In this document: in pieces, positions 19,875 to 28,155 of the stretch
Layout: every line of letters begins with the position of its first letter
Position numbering within the stretch: the stretch's first letter is position 1
Origin: Thermodesulfobacteriota bacterium
Lineage (GTDB): Bacteria; Desulfobacterota_D; UBA1144; Nemesobacterales; UBA2774
Direction: 5' to 3'
Assembly: GCA_965216785.1 (NCBI GenBank)
Contig: OZ244197.1
Coordinates: 1,408,001 to 1,472,000, forward strand
Length of the DNA stretch: 64,000 nt
The notes under the pieces: model-generated
Databases searched by the model: none
The model's input: only the letters and a program-made list of their open reading frames with translations
What the model was told of the DNA's origin: nothing
Program-made: the position numbers and the translations under genes

Positions 19875-20583
19875 TTTGTTTTTCTTCTTCGCAGTAAAGA
19901 ATCTTTTTACAGTTTGGGCACTGAATTATCCTCGAAAGCGTAAGCACTTCATTGAAAAGCTGTGGAGGGATATTCATATGACACCCTGTGCATACTTCAT
20001 TCTTAGCAAGAGCAAGTGCCGTCCCGTCTCTTTTCATTATTTTTTCATATACGGGGAGTATCTCCGGGCTTATTTTTGAAGCAATGTTTTCTTTCTCTGC
20101 TTTTTTCGGCGTGTACTGTACTTTTACTTCCTCGAGCTTTTCTTTTATCCCGTCAATTTTTTCCTTGTACTCTTCTTCTTTTAAGGAAAGCTCCTGTTCG
20201 AGCTCGGAAATGTTAGTTTCAAGACCCTCTATTTTCTCCATTTCCCCTATAAGGTTTTCTTCAAGCTCCGAATTTGTTCTTTTTGTGTCAGAGATTTCTT
20301 TTTGAAGCGCCGCGTATTCCTTGTGGGTCTTAATGTCAAACAGTTTCTCTTCAGACTTCTTAATAGTCTCCTCATTACTTGCCAGTTCCTGCTCAAGTTT
20401 GGTTTTGCTTTCAATAAGTTGTTCAAGTTGTGTTTTTAATTCGGAAAGTGTGTTTCGGGCTGTTTCTAACTCATGCTCAAATGCTGAAATTCTTTCGGGG
20501 TACTCTTTTAGATGTACCTCTAATTCGCTGAGCTCCGTATCGATACGCTGGAGCTCATCGATAACCACAATTTGGTCTTTCAT
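19855..20583 (-). CDS. Coiled-coil protein with C4 zinc ribbon (DUF164/CT398-like)
   Basis: LQRID N-terminus, long coiled coil, CTGCHMNIPPQ...CPNCKKILY. Confidence 0.9.
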   Translation of the reverse strand: MKDQIVVIDELQRIDTELSELEVHLKEYPERISAFEHELETARNTLSELKTQLEQLIESKTKLEQELASNEETIKKSEEKLFDIKTHKEYAALQKEISDTKRTNSELEENLIGEMEKIEGLETNISELEQELSLKEEEYKEKIDGIKEKLEEVKVQYTPKKAEKENIASKISPEILPVYEKIMKRDGTALALAKNEVCTGCHMNIPPQLFNEVLTLSRIIQCPNCKKILYCEEEKQSEAQTG

Positions 20584-20737
20584 ATACCCCTCCCTTGTGT
20601 GTGTAATTTTTAATTCTGACCCTTAGAAATGGTGAGCTACTTCCCCGAAATGAAGGGATGATTAAGTTCGTTGAATGCAGACTGTTAGTAGTTTTGACTG
20701 CTCTATACATGTAACATGCCGTAATTAAAACGTTTTT

Positions 20738-20811
20738 TGGGCCCACCCGGACTCGAACCAGGGACCAACGGATTATGAGTCCGCCGCTCTAACCAACTGA
20801 GCTATGGGCCC
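20738..20811 (-). tRNA. tRNA with CAT anticodon, most likely tRNA-Ile2 (lysidine type); CCA not encoded
   Basis: GGGCCCATAGCTCAGTTGGTTAGAGCGGCGGACTCATAATCCGTTGGTCCCTGGTTCGAGTCCGGGTGGGCCCA folds as a cloverleaf; paired G1-C72 excludes initiator tRNA; GGGCCC acceptor is typical of Ile2. Confidence 0.93.
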
Positions 20812-20835
20812 TAACACTCGTTTAGTAAACTTATT

Positions 20836-20864
20836 ATTCTAGAGTAGGAACATTATTTTGTCAA
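20836..20864 (-). promoter_or_regulatory. sigma70 promoter of the tRNA/zinc-ribbon/rnhA/rnpB unit
   Basis: TTGACA-17nt-TAGAAT on the minus strand, 25 bp upstream of the tRNA. Confidence 0.75.
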
Positions 20865-21046
20865 ACTTAGGGTGTGTAGAGAACAAGTATTGCAATGATT
20901 ACAGTGAGTTGCGTGACTCTCAAGACTCTTGCTCCTGTTGTGGTCACCTGTAATTTGGCTCATTTTCTATATTACGCAATAAATTACGGACGATTAATTG
21001 CCGGGGGCGGGTTTTTAGAGATGTCACGCTATTTTTTTATGCCGGG

Positions 21047-21976
21047 TTACTTTTTAAGCGCGTAATTTCTGGACTTAAGGATCTTATAGTACCCGAGTAC
21101 TCTTGTGATGTACTCCGTAGTCTCCGGGTATGGGGGAATGGTAAAACCGTGTTTAATGACCGCTCCCTTTCCGGCATTGTACGCAGCTAAAGAAAGCCTG
21201 AGGTCGCCGTCAAAGTAGTTTAGAAGATCGCTTAGGTATTCGACTCCCCCGTCCATATTCTCTTTCGCGTCAAAAGGATTGTTCACACCGTAGTCACTTG
21301 CGGTCTCGGGAATTAGCTGCATTATGCCCTGCGCATTTTTAGGCGACACGGCGCCCGGGTCAAAGTTTGATTCTGCTTTTATTACCGCTTTTACCAGATA
21401 GGGGTCTACATCGTGCTTGGCGCTTACACTCATTATGTCCTTATCGTAATCTGTGACGAATTTATGTGATAGCATGCTTAAATCGCTAGCTCCATCGCCT
21501 TTTCTTACGATTTTATATCTTGACAGAGCCCCCGGACCGTTAAACACCACGGTCGGCATCTTGTTGTTACATTCCATGGTCTCGAAATTCCCCGATCTTT
21601 CAATCAATATAATGCATTTTGAAATCTCGACCACCTTAACCGGCTCAGAGCTTATTATGTCTATCCTATCACCTTCATAATAGCTCCCCAGCTCCCCGGT
21701 AACAGGGTTCTTTAACAGTACTTTTCTTTTGTTTCCGTTGGTTAGTGTCCCTAGCACGTTGAGCCCGAGGTCTGAAGTTGAAACCTCTATTGCCAGTATC
21801 TCATGAGCATTTTCGACACTGGGAATTAAAGATTCATCTTGGGAAATAGCCGAAGATGCATCCGTGTCCGGGGAAACGGATTTCTCCTTTCCCATAACCG
21901 CGGAAGTAAGGAATAAAATGAATAACAGACAAAAAGGTAGAGAAAAATATAGGTTTTTCATGCTATGGAAGCTCAT
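21047..21976 (-). CDS. Lytic transglycosylase (SLT) with N-terminal GspC-HR/PilP-like domain
   Basis: AVIKAESNFDPGAVSPKNAQGIMQL, LAAYNAG, IPPYPET..Y. N-terminal signal/TM segment, then LNVLGTL...VLLKNP.TG....YYEGD.I...VKVVEI....ILIER.G..E. Confidence 0.85.
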   Translation of the reverse strand: MSFHSMKNLYFSLPFCLLFILFLTSAVMGKEKSVSPDTDASSAISQDESLIPSVENAHEILAIEVSTSDLGLNVLGTLTNGNKRKVLLKNPVTGELGSYYEGDRIDIISSEPVKVVEISKCIILIERSGNFETMECNNKMPTVVFNGPGALSRYKIVRKGDGASDLSMLSHKFVTDYDKDIMSVSAKHDVDPYLVKAVIKAESNFDPGAVSPKNAQGIMQLIPETASDYGVNNPFDAKENMDGGVEYLSDLLNYFDGDLRLSLAAYNAGKGAVIKHGFTIPPYPETTEYITRVLGYYKILKSRNYALKK

Positions 21977-22231
21977 TTCCTCTAGTTTCAGAATAAATGA
22001 TTGGAGGCGAAAAGTAAATAATAAATTTATAGTGGATAAAGCTTATCTATAAGACTGCTGGAGAACTTCTGAGGGCCCGGACGCAGAAAATTCGGATGAG
22101 GTCCGAAAGACTGAAATGAGATTTAACGGACCGAGAGCGGAATATTGCTATTATGAGCGAAGCTGTCCCGTTTAAATTTGTCTAGGGTATCAGGGTTTAA
22201 GGTTACTTGCCGACCCGGCAGCAGCTTTTGA

Positions 22232-22642
22232 TTATACTGCGTAGAACTTATAAGACTTGACGTCTTTTCCGTCCCTCGTCTTTTTTACCGTGCCAACGGT
22301 AACACCCATCTTCTGACCCATCTTGAGTCCTTCGGGGTCATCCGTTTCAACCTGTGCCATTACCCTAACGCCTTCTGGGAAATCCACCAATGCGAGCGCA
22401 TAGGGAACCGGGAATTCAGGCATGCTTCTCCTGACAATTGTAAACGAATGGAGCTCCCCTTCGGGGCTCAGCATCTTTTCTTCTATCTCGTCCGAGAAGC
22501 TGACCGGATCTGCCAGATATCTGGGGAATGTCCAGTTATCTGACTCTTTAGAGTAACCCGCAATGAGCCTAACTCTACCCTTGTCGTCAACTCCGAAAAG
22601 TTCGGGAAATAAAACTTCGTCTTTTTCTGAAATCTCTGCCAT
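22232..22642 (-). CDS. DUF35-type OB-fold protein lacking the Zn-ribbon cysteines
   Basis: G.LHSFTIV...PYALALVDFPEGVRVMAQV; ATG 22642 follows AGGAG. Confidence 0.75.
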   Translation of the reverse strand: MAEISEKDEVLFPELFGVDDKGRVRLIAGYSKESDNWTFPRYLADPVSFSDEIEEKMLSPEGELHSFTIVRRSMPEFPVPYALALVDFPEGVRVMAQVETDDPEGLKMGQKMGVTVGTVKKTRDGKDVKSYKFYAV

Positions 22643-22765
22643 TTCTACTATATCTCCTAAGAAATTTTGAGTCCCGTATATATTACATCCAAAAATTATT
22701 AAGTCTAGGGCAGTTGGCGTGAGGGGGTTTGTCAAGGCAGCAAATTCTTAGTAGAATAAAGCCCT

Positions 22766-23566
22766 GTGAGCAGCAAAACTCCCAGGGCGCTCAGTATTGC
22801 CGGTTCCGATTCGGGTGGGTGCGCCGGAATACAAGCGGACCTTAAAACTTTTACGGCGCTAGGGGTTTACGGTATGTCCGTTGTGACTTCTGTAACGGCG
22901 CAGAATACACAGAGCGTAGCGGGAATACACGAGCTGCCGAGCGAATTTGTGGAGCTTCAGATCGACGCCGTACTGGGAGATATAGGCACCGATGCCGTGA
23001 AGCTGGGAATGCTTCCCAATGAGGGTATTGTCTCAGCCGCTGCCAAAAAGCTGAGCGAATACGGGGTGGAAAATATTGTTCTTGACCCCGTTATGGTCTC
23101 CACAACCGGTGCTGTGCTTGCTGATGAGGGAGCTGTGAAATCTATCATTAGAAACCTACTTCCGATTAGCTATGTAATTATGCCGAACCTCCCTGAAGCG
23201 CAGGCTCTTAGTAGTCAGCAAGTGACTACGGTTGATGATATGAAAGGGGCCGCACGGAAGATAAAATCACTTGGGCCTAAGTATGTGTTAATTAAGGGGG
23301 GGCACTTGGACAGTTCGCCGGATTCCGTGGATGTGCTTTACGACGGGAGTGATTTTACCGAATTCAGGGCTCCCAGGATAAATACTAAAAACACTCATGG
23401 GGGAGGGTGCACATACTCGGCTGCGGTGTGCGCGTATTTGGCAAAGGGGGAGTCTCTATATGAGGCGGTAAAGGAAGCGAAGAAATATGTTACGGAGGCT
23501 ATTTCAAGATCGTTTGACCTGGGGAAGGGGCACGGACCGTTAAACCACTATTGGAAAATAAAATAA
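22766..23566 (+). CDS. thiD: Hydroxymethylpyrimidine/phosphomethylpyrimidine kinase
   Basis: SIAGSDSGG.AGIQADLKTF, DPVMVS, KGGH, THGGGCTYS. Confidence 0.96.
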   Translation: MSSKTPRALSIAGSDSGGCAGIQADLKTFTALGVYGMSVVTSVTAQNTQSVAGIHELPSEFVELQIDAVLGDIGTDAVKLGMLPNEGIVSAAAKKLSEYGVENIVLDPVMVSTTGAVLADEGAVKSIIRNLLPISYVIMPNLPEAQALSSQQVTTVDDMKGAARKIKSLGPKYVLIKGGHLDSSPDSVDVLYDGSDFTEFRAPRINTKNTHGGGCTYSAAVCAYLAKGESLYEAVKEAKKYVTEAISRSFDLGKGHGPLNHYWKIK

Positions 23567-23590
23567 AACTTACTCAAAGAGGGATATAAT

Positions 23591-24439
23591 ATGGCTCAGA
23601 TTATAGACGGAAAAGAGGTTTCACAGTATATAAGAGGAGAGGTCGCAAAAGGCGTGTCTCAACTCGTTGATAGCTCAGCTATAACTCCGGGACTCGCGGC
23701 GGTTCTTGTGGGTGAGGACCCGGCCTCTGAGATCTATGTGAGAAATAAAAGAAAGGCCTGCACTGAGGCGGGAATGTACTCTGAGGAACATAAGCTTCCG
23801 GCAGAGACAACAGAGCAAGAGCTTCTCACGCTCGTTGAGAAGCTGAATAATGATCCTAAAATCCATGGCATTCTCGTGCAGCTGCCGCTGCCCGATCATA
23901 TAAATGAGACAAAAGTGCTTAGGGCGGTGTCTCCGGACAAGGACGTGGACGGCTTTCATCCATTCAACGTGGGTCTTTTGGTCGAGGGCAACCCGAGGTT
24001 TATTTCCTGCACGCCTCACGGGATTATCAAGATGCTCGAGTACTACGATATAGATATAAAAGGAAAAGAGGCGGTTGTAGTTGGCAGGAGTAATATTGTT
24101 GGAAAGCCTGTAGCGATGCTTCTGCTTCACCGTCACGCAACCGTCACCGTCTGTCATTCCCGTACGAAGGATCTTCCGGAGGTCACCCGAAGGGCAGATA
24201 TACTCGTTGCCGCCATAGGGCGCGCAAACTTCGTCACGGAGGATATGGTGAAGGAAGGCGCTGTAGTGATAGACGTCGGCATAAACCGTAATGAAGAGGG
24301 CAAGCTAACCGGGGACGTAGACTTTGCGAATGTCGAGAAAAAAGCCTCATACATAACGCCCGTGCCGGGCGGGGTAGGGCCGATGACCATCTCCATGCTC
24401 TTATGGAATACCCTTGAATCGGCAAAAGCGGGTTCATAG
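23591..24439 (+). CDS. folD: Methylene-THF dehydrogenase/cyclohydrolase
   Basis: YVRNK, ILVQLPLP, KDVDGFHP, GRSNIVGKP, TPVPGGVGPMT. Confidence 0.97.
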   Translation: MAQIIDGKEVSQYIRGEVAKGVSQLVDSSAITPGLAAVLVGEDPASEIYVRNKRKACTEAGMYSEEHKLPAETTEQELLTLVEKLNNDPKIHGILVQLPLPDHINETKVLRAVSPDKDVDGFHPFNVGLLVEGNPRFISCTPHGIIKMLEYYDIDIKGKEAVVVGRSNIVGKPVAMLLLHRHATVTVCHSRTKDLPEVTRRADILVAAIGRANFVTEDMVKEGAVVIDVGINRNEEGKLTGDVDFANVEKKASYITPVPGGVGPMTISMLLWNTLESAKAGS

Positions 24440-24476
24440 ATCAGCCATTTGCGGGTTTGAGAGCAGCTTGTTTTAT

Positions 24477-25550
24477 TTATCTGCCGGAGCTCTCTAATCG
24501 GTCACTGAGAGTTTCTACAAATTCGCCAGTAAAGTATTCACCCACTACATTATTGCCGATGCTGTTAAGGTGTCCGTCCAGGCGGTAATAGAGATCGGTG
24601 TTCTCTTTATTACTGTAATCCGCCAGTACATCTAATACCGAAATCCATGTAAAACCGTTTTCCTTGGCGAATGCTCCTAATTCATCGTCGATAATATCGA
24701 CATCCGTGTTTTCAAATTGATAGCTGTTCGCCTTATAAAGCACCTGAAACTGCTGGGGTATGGACAGAACCATAAGCTCAGCGTCTCTTTTCTCACAGTA
24801 TTTTGCGGCTCTTAGTAGAAGGTCTTTTGTTATCGCGAGTTGATCGTTAAAAATGCTGGTCGGCTTAGATCTGAAATATTCAGAGCGTCCTGTAATGCTA
24901 TAAAGCTTGGAATAAACCCAGTCGCTGGATATAAGTATGCGCTTATAAAGTGTCAACAGGTTGAAGGTAGAGCTTTTTTCGTTTTTTGTGCGAACGGTTT
25001 TATCATTTGTCCTAACACTTCCCTCTGAAATAGGAGTGTTTGTAAACAGATCGTTCGGTAAGAATACCAATACTACAATATCAGGCTCATATTTTGGGAA
25101 TAATCTTTCGAGCAGCAGTACTTCTTTTGTCGTATCGTAAGCAGGAATCCCCGCTTTTATAACTTCGGCCTCAAAGCCATTGTCCGCGAGCTTTTCTTCA
25201 AATATAACGGGCCATATCTCCTCATACTGAACGCCGTCGCCGAACGTAAAGGAATCGCCCAGTAATAAAATCCGTGTTACTCCAGGAGTTTTAGGTTTTG
25301 TATGATTTTCCCGATCCCTAAAACCCTCGTCGCTTATCCCGTACTCAACAAAGAACTCCGGGGTTTTCACGGTAGTTAAAGAGCCCGGTCTGTTACTATG
25401 TCCAAGAACGCTGTCCGAGAGTCCCAGCGACTCGTTTTTATATGTTATTATAGGTTCCTGCGGGAAAAAGGTGCTTAGTGTGATCTCGAAAAGAGCAAGA
25501 ATCAGTATGGTTGCCGCAGTAACAATCAGGACTTTTTTAAAGAAACTCAT
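24477..25550 (-). CDS. Membrane-anchored SGNH/GDSL hydrolase (AlgJ/AlgX-like)
   Basis: N-terminal TM; GFRD, LGDSFTFG, PND, DGHLN..G. Confidence 0.8.
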   Translation of the reverse strand: MSFFKKVLIVTAATILILALFEITLSTFFPQEPIITYKNESLGLSDSVLGHSNRPGSLTTVKTPEFFVEYGISDEGFRDRENHTKPKTPGVTRILLLGDSFTFGDGVQYEEIWPVIFEEKLADNGFEAEVIKAGIPAYDTTKEVLLLERLFPKYEPDIVVLVFLPNDLFTNTPISEGSVRTNDKTVRTKNEKSSTFNLLTLYKRILISSDWVYSKLYSITGRSEYFRSKPTSIFNDQLAITKDLLLRAAKYCEKRDAELMVLSIPQQFQVLYKANSYQFENTDVDIIDDELGAFAKENGFTWISVLDVLADYSNKENTDLYYRLDGHLNSIGNNVVGEYFTGEFVETLSDRLESSGR

Positions 25551-25643
25551 TTATCTCCCTCATCAGGATTTAAGTATATACCCTTCTTGGAAAATATGAT
25601 GAGAATATAACCAATCCGAGAGGAAATATATAAACCAAAGTGT

Positions 25644-25841
25644 TGTGCATAACTTCTTCAATCTATACATGCTTAAATATCTGCTTTCATTAGTTGAACA
25701 AATAAAAATATTGTCTAAGCCTCTGATACGACACGTTAATATTATGTATTAAGTGCGTTGTGTATGTGTTTATATCTCTATTGATTTCATGTTGGAAGGC
25801 TGTGGACAACCTGTGGATTACTGTGGATCGGGTGTGGATGG
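25644..25841. promoter_or_regulatory. DnaA-box cluster with IHF site (oriC-like region)
   Basis: TGTGCATAA at 25644 (reverse complement fits TTATNCACA); TGTGGA at 25801, 25812, 25822 and 25833; WATCAR-N4-TTR on the minus strand at 25716-25728; AT-rich. Confidence 0.5.
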
Positions 25842-26321
25842 CGGGATTAGCCGTACCACCTTATGAGGGTCCTTAATATTTCCCAGCAGCTCTGATACTG
25901 AAACTTGAAAATGAGGGTGGATCAGCCCGGGCGCTATCTCCGCAAGCGGCTCCAGAACAAAACGTCTTTTGTGAGCCTCCGGGTGGGGTATTTTTAAATC
26001 GGGGTCGTTTAATACCACCTCACCGTAAAAAATTATGTCCAGGTCTATTGTTCGAGGGCCCCATTTTTCTTTTCTAACTCTTCCAAGCTTATTCTCAATC
26101 CTCGATAGCTCGCCTAATAGCTGGTGAGGCGTGATATCTGATATTATCTCTATAGCGCAGTTAATGAAAAGCGGCTGGTCTTCATTGCCCACCGGATCTG
26201 TTTCATAAAATGACGAGACGGCTGTAACGTCCGAGAAAGCTGAGATCTCCTCTATTGCCCTCTTGCAGTTAAGCGTCCTGTCGCCCAGGTTTGATCCTAT
26301 AGCTATATATACTCTTTGCAC
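25818..26321 (-). CDS. folK: 2-amino-4-hydroxy-6-hydroxymethyldihydropteridine diphosphokinase
   Basis: YIAIGSNLG, SSFYET.P, WGPRTIDLDI, IPHP...R.FVL.PL. Confidence 0.97.
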   Translation of the reverse strand: MQRVYIAIGSNLGDRTLNCKRAIEEISAFSDVTAVSSFYETDPVGNEDQPLFINCAIEIISDITPHQLLGELSRIENKLGRVRKEKWGPRTIDLDIIFYGEVVLNDPDLKIPHPEAHKRRFVLEPLAEIAPGLIHPHFQVSVSELLGNIKDPHKVVRLIPPSTPDPQ

Positions 26322-26427
26322 ATGTTAATATTAAATCAAATTTCCAAGTAACAATAGATTGGATATCAAAAGATTTTGACTAAGCTTAAGAGTTTGAATA
26401 CATTTATTTCGCCGGAGGAGACTCAAT

Positions 26428-26706
26428 ATGCCGCTACTTAGTGACGAAGATATACAGGACAAGCTCGGGGGTATTGATGGATGGGAAAGGGTAGACGAGC
26501 AGATTACGAAAACCTATAAATTAAAGAATTACATTGAATCAGTAGGATTTGTTAATAAGGTAGCGCTACTTGCCGAAAGGGCGGATCACCATCCTGATAT
26601 CATACTTCAGTACAATAAGGTCACTGTTACGCTCACTACTCATAGCGACGGGGGGATTACCGAAAAGGATTTTAGTCTTGCCCGTGAGATAGAAGGGGTT
26701 TTCTGA
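26428..26706 (+). CDS. phhB: Pterin-4-alpha-carbinolamine dehydratase
   Basis: AERADHHPDI, LTTHSDGGITEKD; GGAGGAG SD. Confidence 0.92.
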   Translation: MPLLSDEDIQDKLGGIDGWERVDEQITKTYKLKNYIESVGFVNKVALLAERADHHPDIILQYNKVTVTLTTHSDGGITEKDFSLAREIEGVF

Positions 26707-26714
26707 GCTTTAAG

Positions 26715-26999
26715 TTAAGACTGCTTGTCTTTATTCTCTATAACCTCGAAGTCGCCTTCCTCAAGTATTATAGTCTTGCCGCCGTCCCGGGTTTCTCTTG
26801 TTTTTTCTTTCTTACCAAATGAGGAGAATAGCCTCGCGACGCTGAAAATAATTATTAAACCAGCAACAGCTATCCCTATGACAAGGCCGAACACAGCGAG
26901 TACCGCGACTACCAGAACTACTGTTATGATGGCTAGTGGTAGAGCATAGAAGGGCGGTTTTTTACCCTGAAAATAAAACACTCTTCGGTTAGGGTTCAT
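26715..26999 (-). CDS. Small membrane protein, unknown function
   Basis: Long hydrophobic hairpin; C-terminal IILEEGDFEV; GGAG SD. Confidence 0.6.
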   Translation of the reverse strand: MNPNRRVFYFQGKKPPFYALPLAIITVVLVVAVLAVFGLVIGIAVAGLIIIFSVARLFSSFGKKEKTRETRDGGKTIILEEGDFEVIENKDKQS

Positions 27000-27078
27000 T
27001 CTTATTTGTCTCCGTGATATTATGGCTATTTACAACAAGTACATATTGTACCCTATTACGTATCTAAAATCTTCTCAT

Positions 27079-28017
27079 TTACACCGGCACTGCAAGCCTG
27101 TCCAGTATGTCTACAATCGCATCCTCAGAAGCGTTTTGCGTTAGGCCGCCGTTTTTGGATATAACTCTGTGAGCAAGCACGGGTACAGCCATTTTCTTTA
27201 TATCGTCAGGTGTGCAGTAAGTCCTGCCTTCTGAAAGCGCTGTGGACTGAGCTGCGGATTTAAGCGCAATGGCTCCCCTCGGGCTCACGCCGAGCTCAAA
27301 TAGGCTCTCGTTACGAGTCTCGTTTATAATAGCTATTATGTAATCCAGGAGTGATTCGTCTACCTTAACGTTTTGAGACATTTTCTGGAGAAGCAGCAGC
27401 TCCTGTTTTGAAATCACAGGCTCGATTCTCTCCCGTATGTCCACGATGCTGTGCTCTTTCAGTATGCTCTTTTCACTCTCACTGTCCGGGTACCCTATAC
27501 TGATCCTGATCGAAAACCTGTCGAGCTCGTTTTCCGGTAGAGGGAACGTACCCTTGTACTCAAACGGGTTCTGTGTGGCGATTACCATAAAAGGCTCGGG
27601 AAGCGCGTATTCTCCGCCGTCAATTGTTACCTTTGCTTCGTTCATCGCTTCAAGGAGAGCGCTCTGTGTTTTGGGGGTCGCTCTGTTTATCTCATCCGCA
27701 AGCACGACGTTTGCGAACAACGGGCCTTCCTTAAAATTAAACTCCCCGCTCTTCTGATCAAGAATTGATACGCCGAGTATGTCCGAGGGCAGCAGGTCGC
27801 TTGTAAACTGTATTCTCTTAAACGTAAGCTCAGTCGAGCTTGCAAGGGCATGCGCTAGTGTGGTTTTCCCGACTCCGGGCACGTCTTCGATCAGTATGTG
27901 CGAGCGGGAAAGGAGAGCGGCGACCACAGTTTTCACAATCTCCTGCTTACCTTTTATTACGGCTCCGATGTTATCTTCAAGCTTCCTTATCTTATCTTTC
28001 AGCTCTTTTTGGTCCAA
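27079..28017 (-). CDS. MoxR family AAA+ ATPase
   Basis: IEDVPGVGKT, RIQFTSDLLPSD, LADEINRATPKTQSALLEAM, ATQNP, SPRG. Confidence 0.94.
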   Translation of the reverse strand: MDQKELKDKIRKLEDNIGAVIKGKQEIVKTVVAALLSRSHILIEDVPGVGKTTLAHALASSTELTFKRIQFTSDLLPSDILGVSILDQKSGEFNFKEGPLFANVVLADEINRATPKTQSALLEAMNEAKVTIDGGEYALPEPFMVIATQNPFEYKGTFPLPENELDRFSIRISIGYPDSESEKSILKEHSIVDIRERIEPVISKQELLLLQKMSQNVKVDESLLDYIIAIINETRNESLFELGVSPRGAIALKSAAQSTALSEGRTYCTPDDIKKMAVPVLAHRVISKNGGLTQNASEDAIVDILDRLAVPV

Positions 28018-28155
28018 TATGGATACACCTCTCTACTTATCTCGCCTATTTATTACTATGCTGCTATTAGAAAGTATATATCACTAAGGGGCTAAAGTGA
28101 GATTAATTTAATAAGGTTCGCTTGGTAAATAGAACGCGGGTGCGCAGTGTTATAC

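Noticed and set aside
20555-20746. 63-aa minus-strand ORF
   Set aside because: Starts inside the tRNA 3' end, overlaps the zinc-ribbon gene start, and has no protein-like features.
20738-20811. tRNA as an integration site for an island
   Set aside because: No integrase next to it and no duplicated tRNA 3' end seen in the window.
22093-22116. Hammerhead-ribozyme-like CGGATGA-GGTC-CGAAA-GACT-GAAA
   Set aside because: The core is CGGAUGA rather than CUGAUGA, stem II closes with G-U, and I could not build stems I and III around a cleavage triplet.
25725-25752. dif-like site (TTATGT half-site)
   Set aside because: Only 7 of 11 XerD-arm bases match and there is no recognisable XerC arm.
25801-25841. 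TGTGGA repeats as a CRISPR or microsatellite
   Set aside because: Units are 10-11 bp with no spacers and no cas genes; better explained as DnaA-box-like sites.
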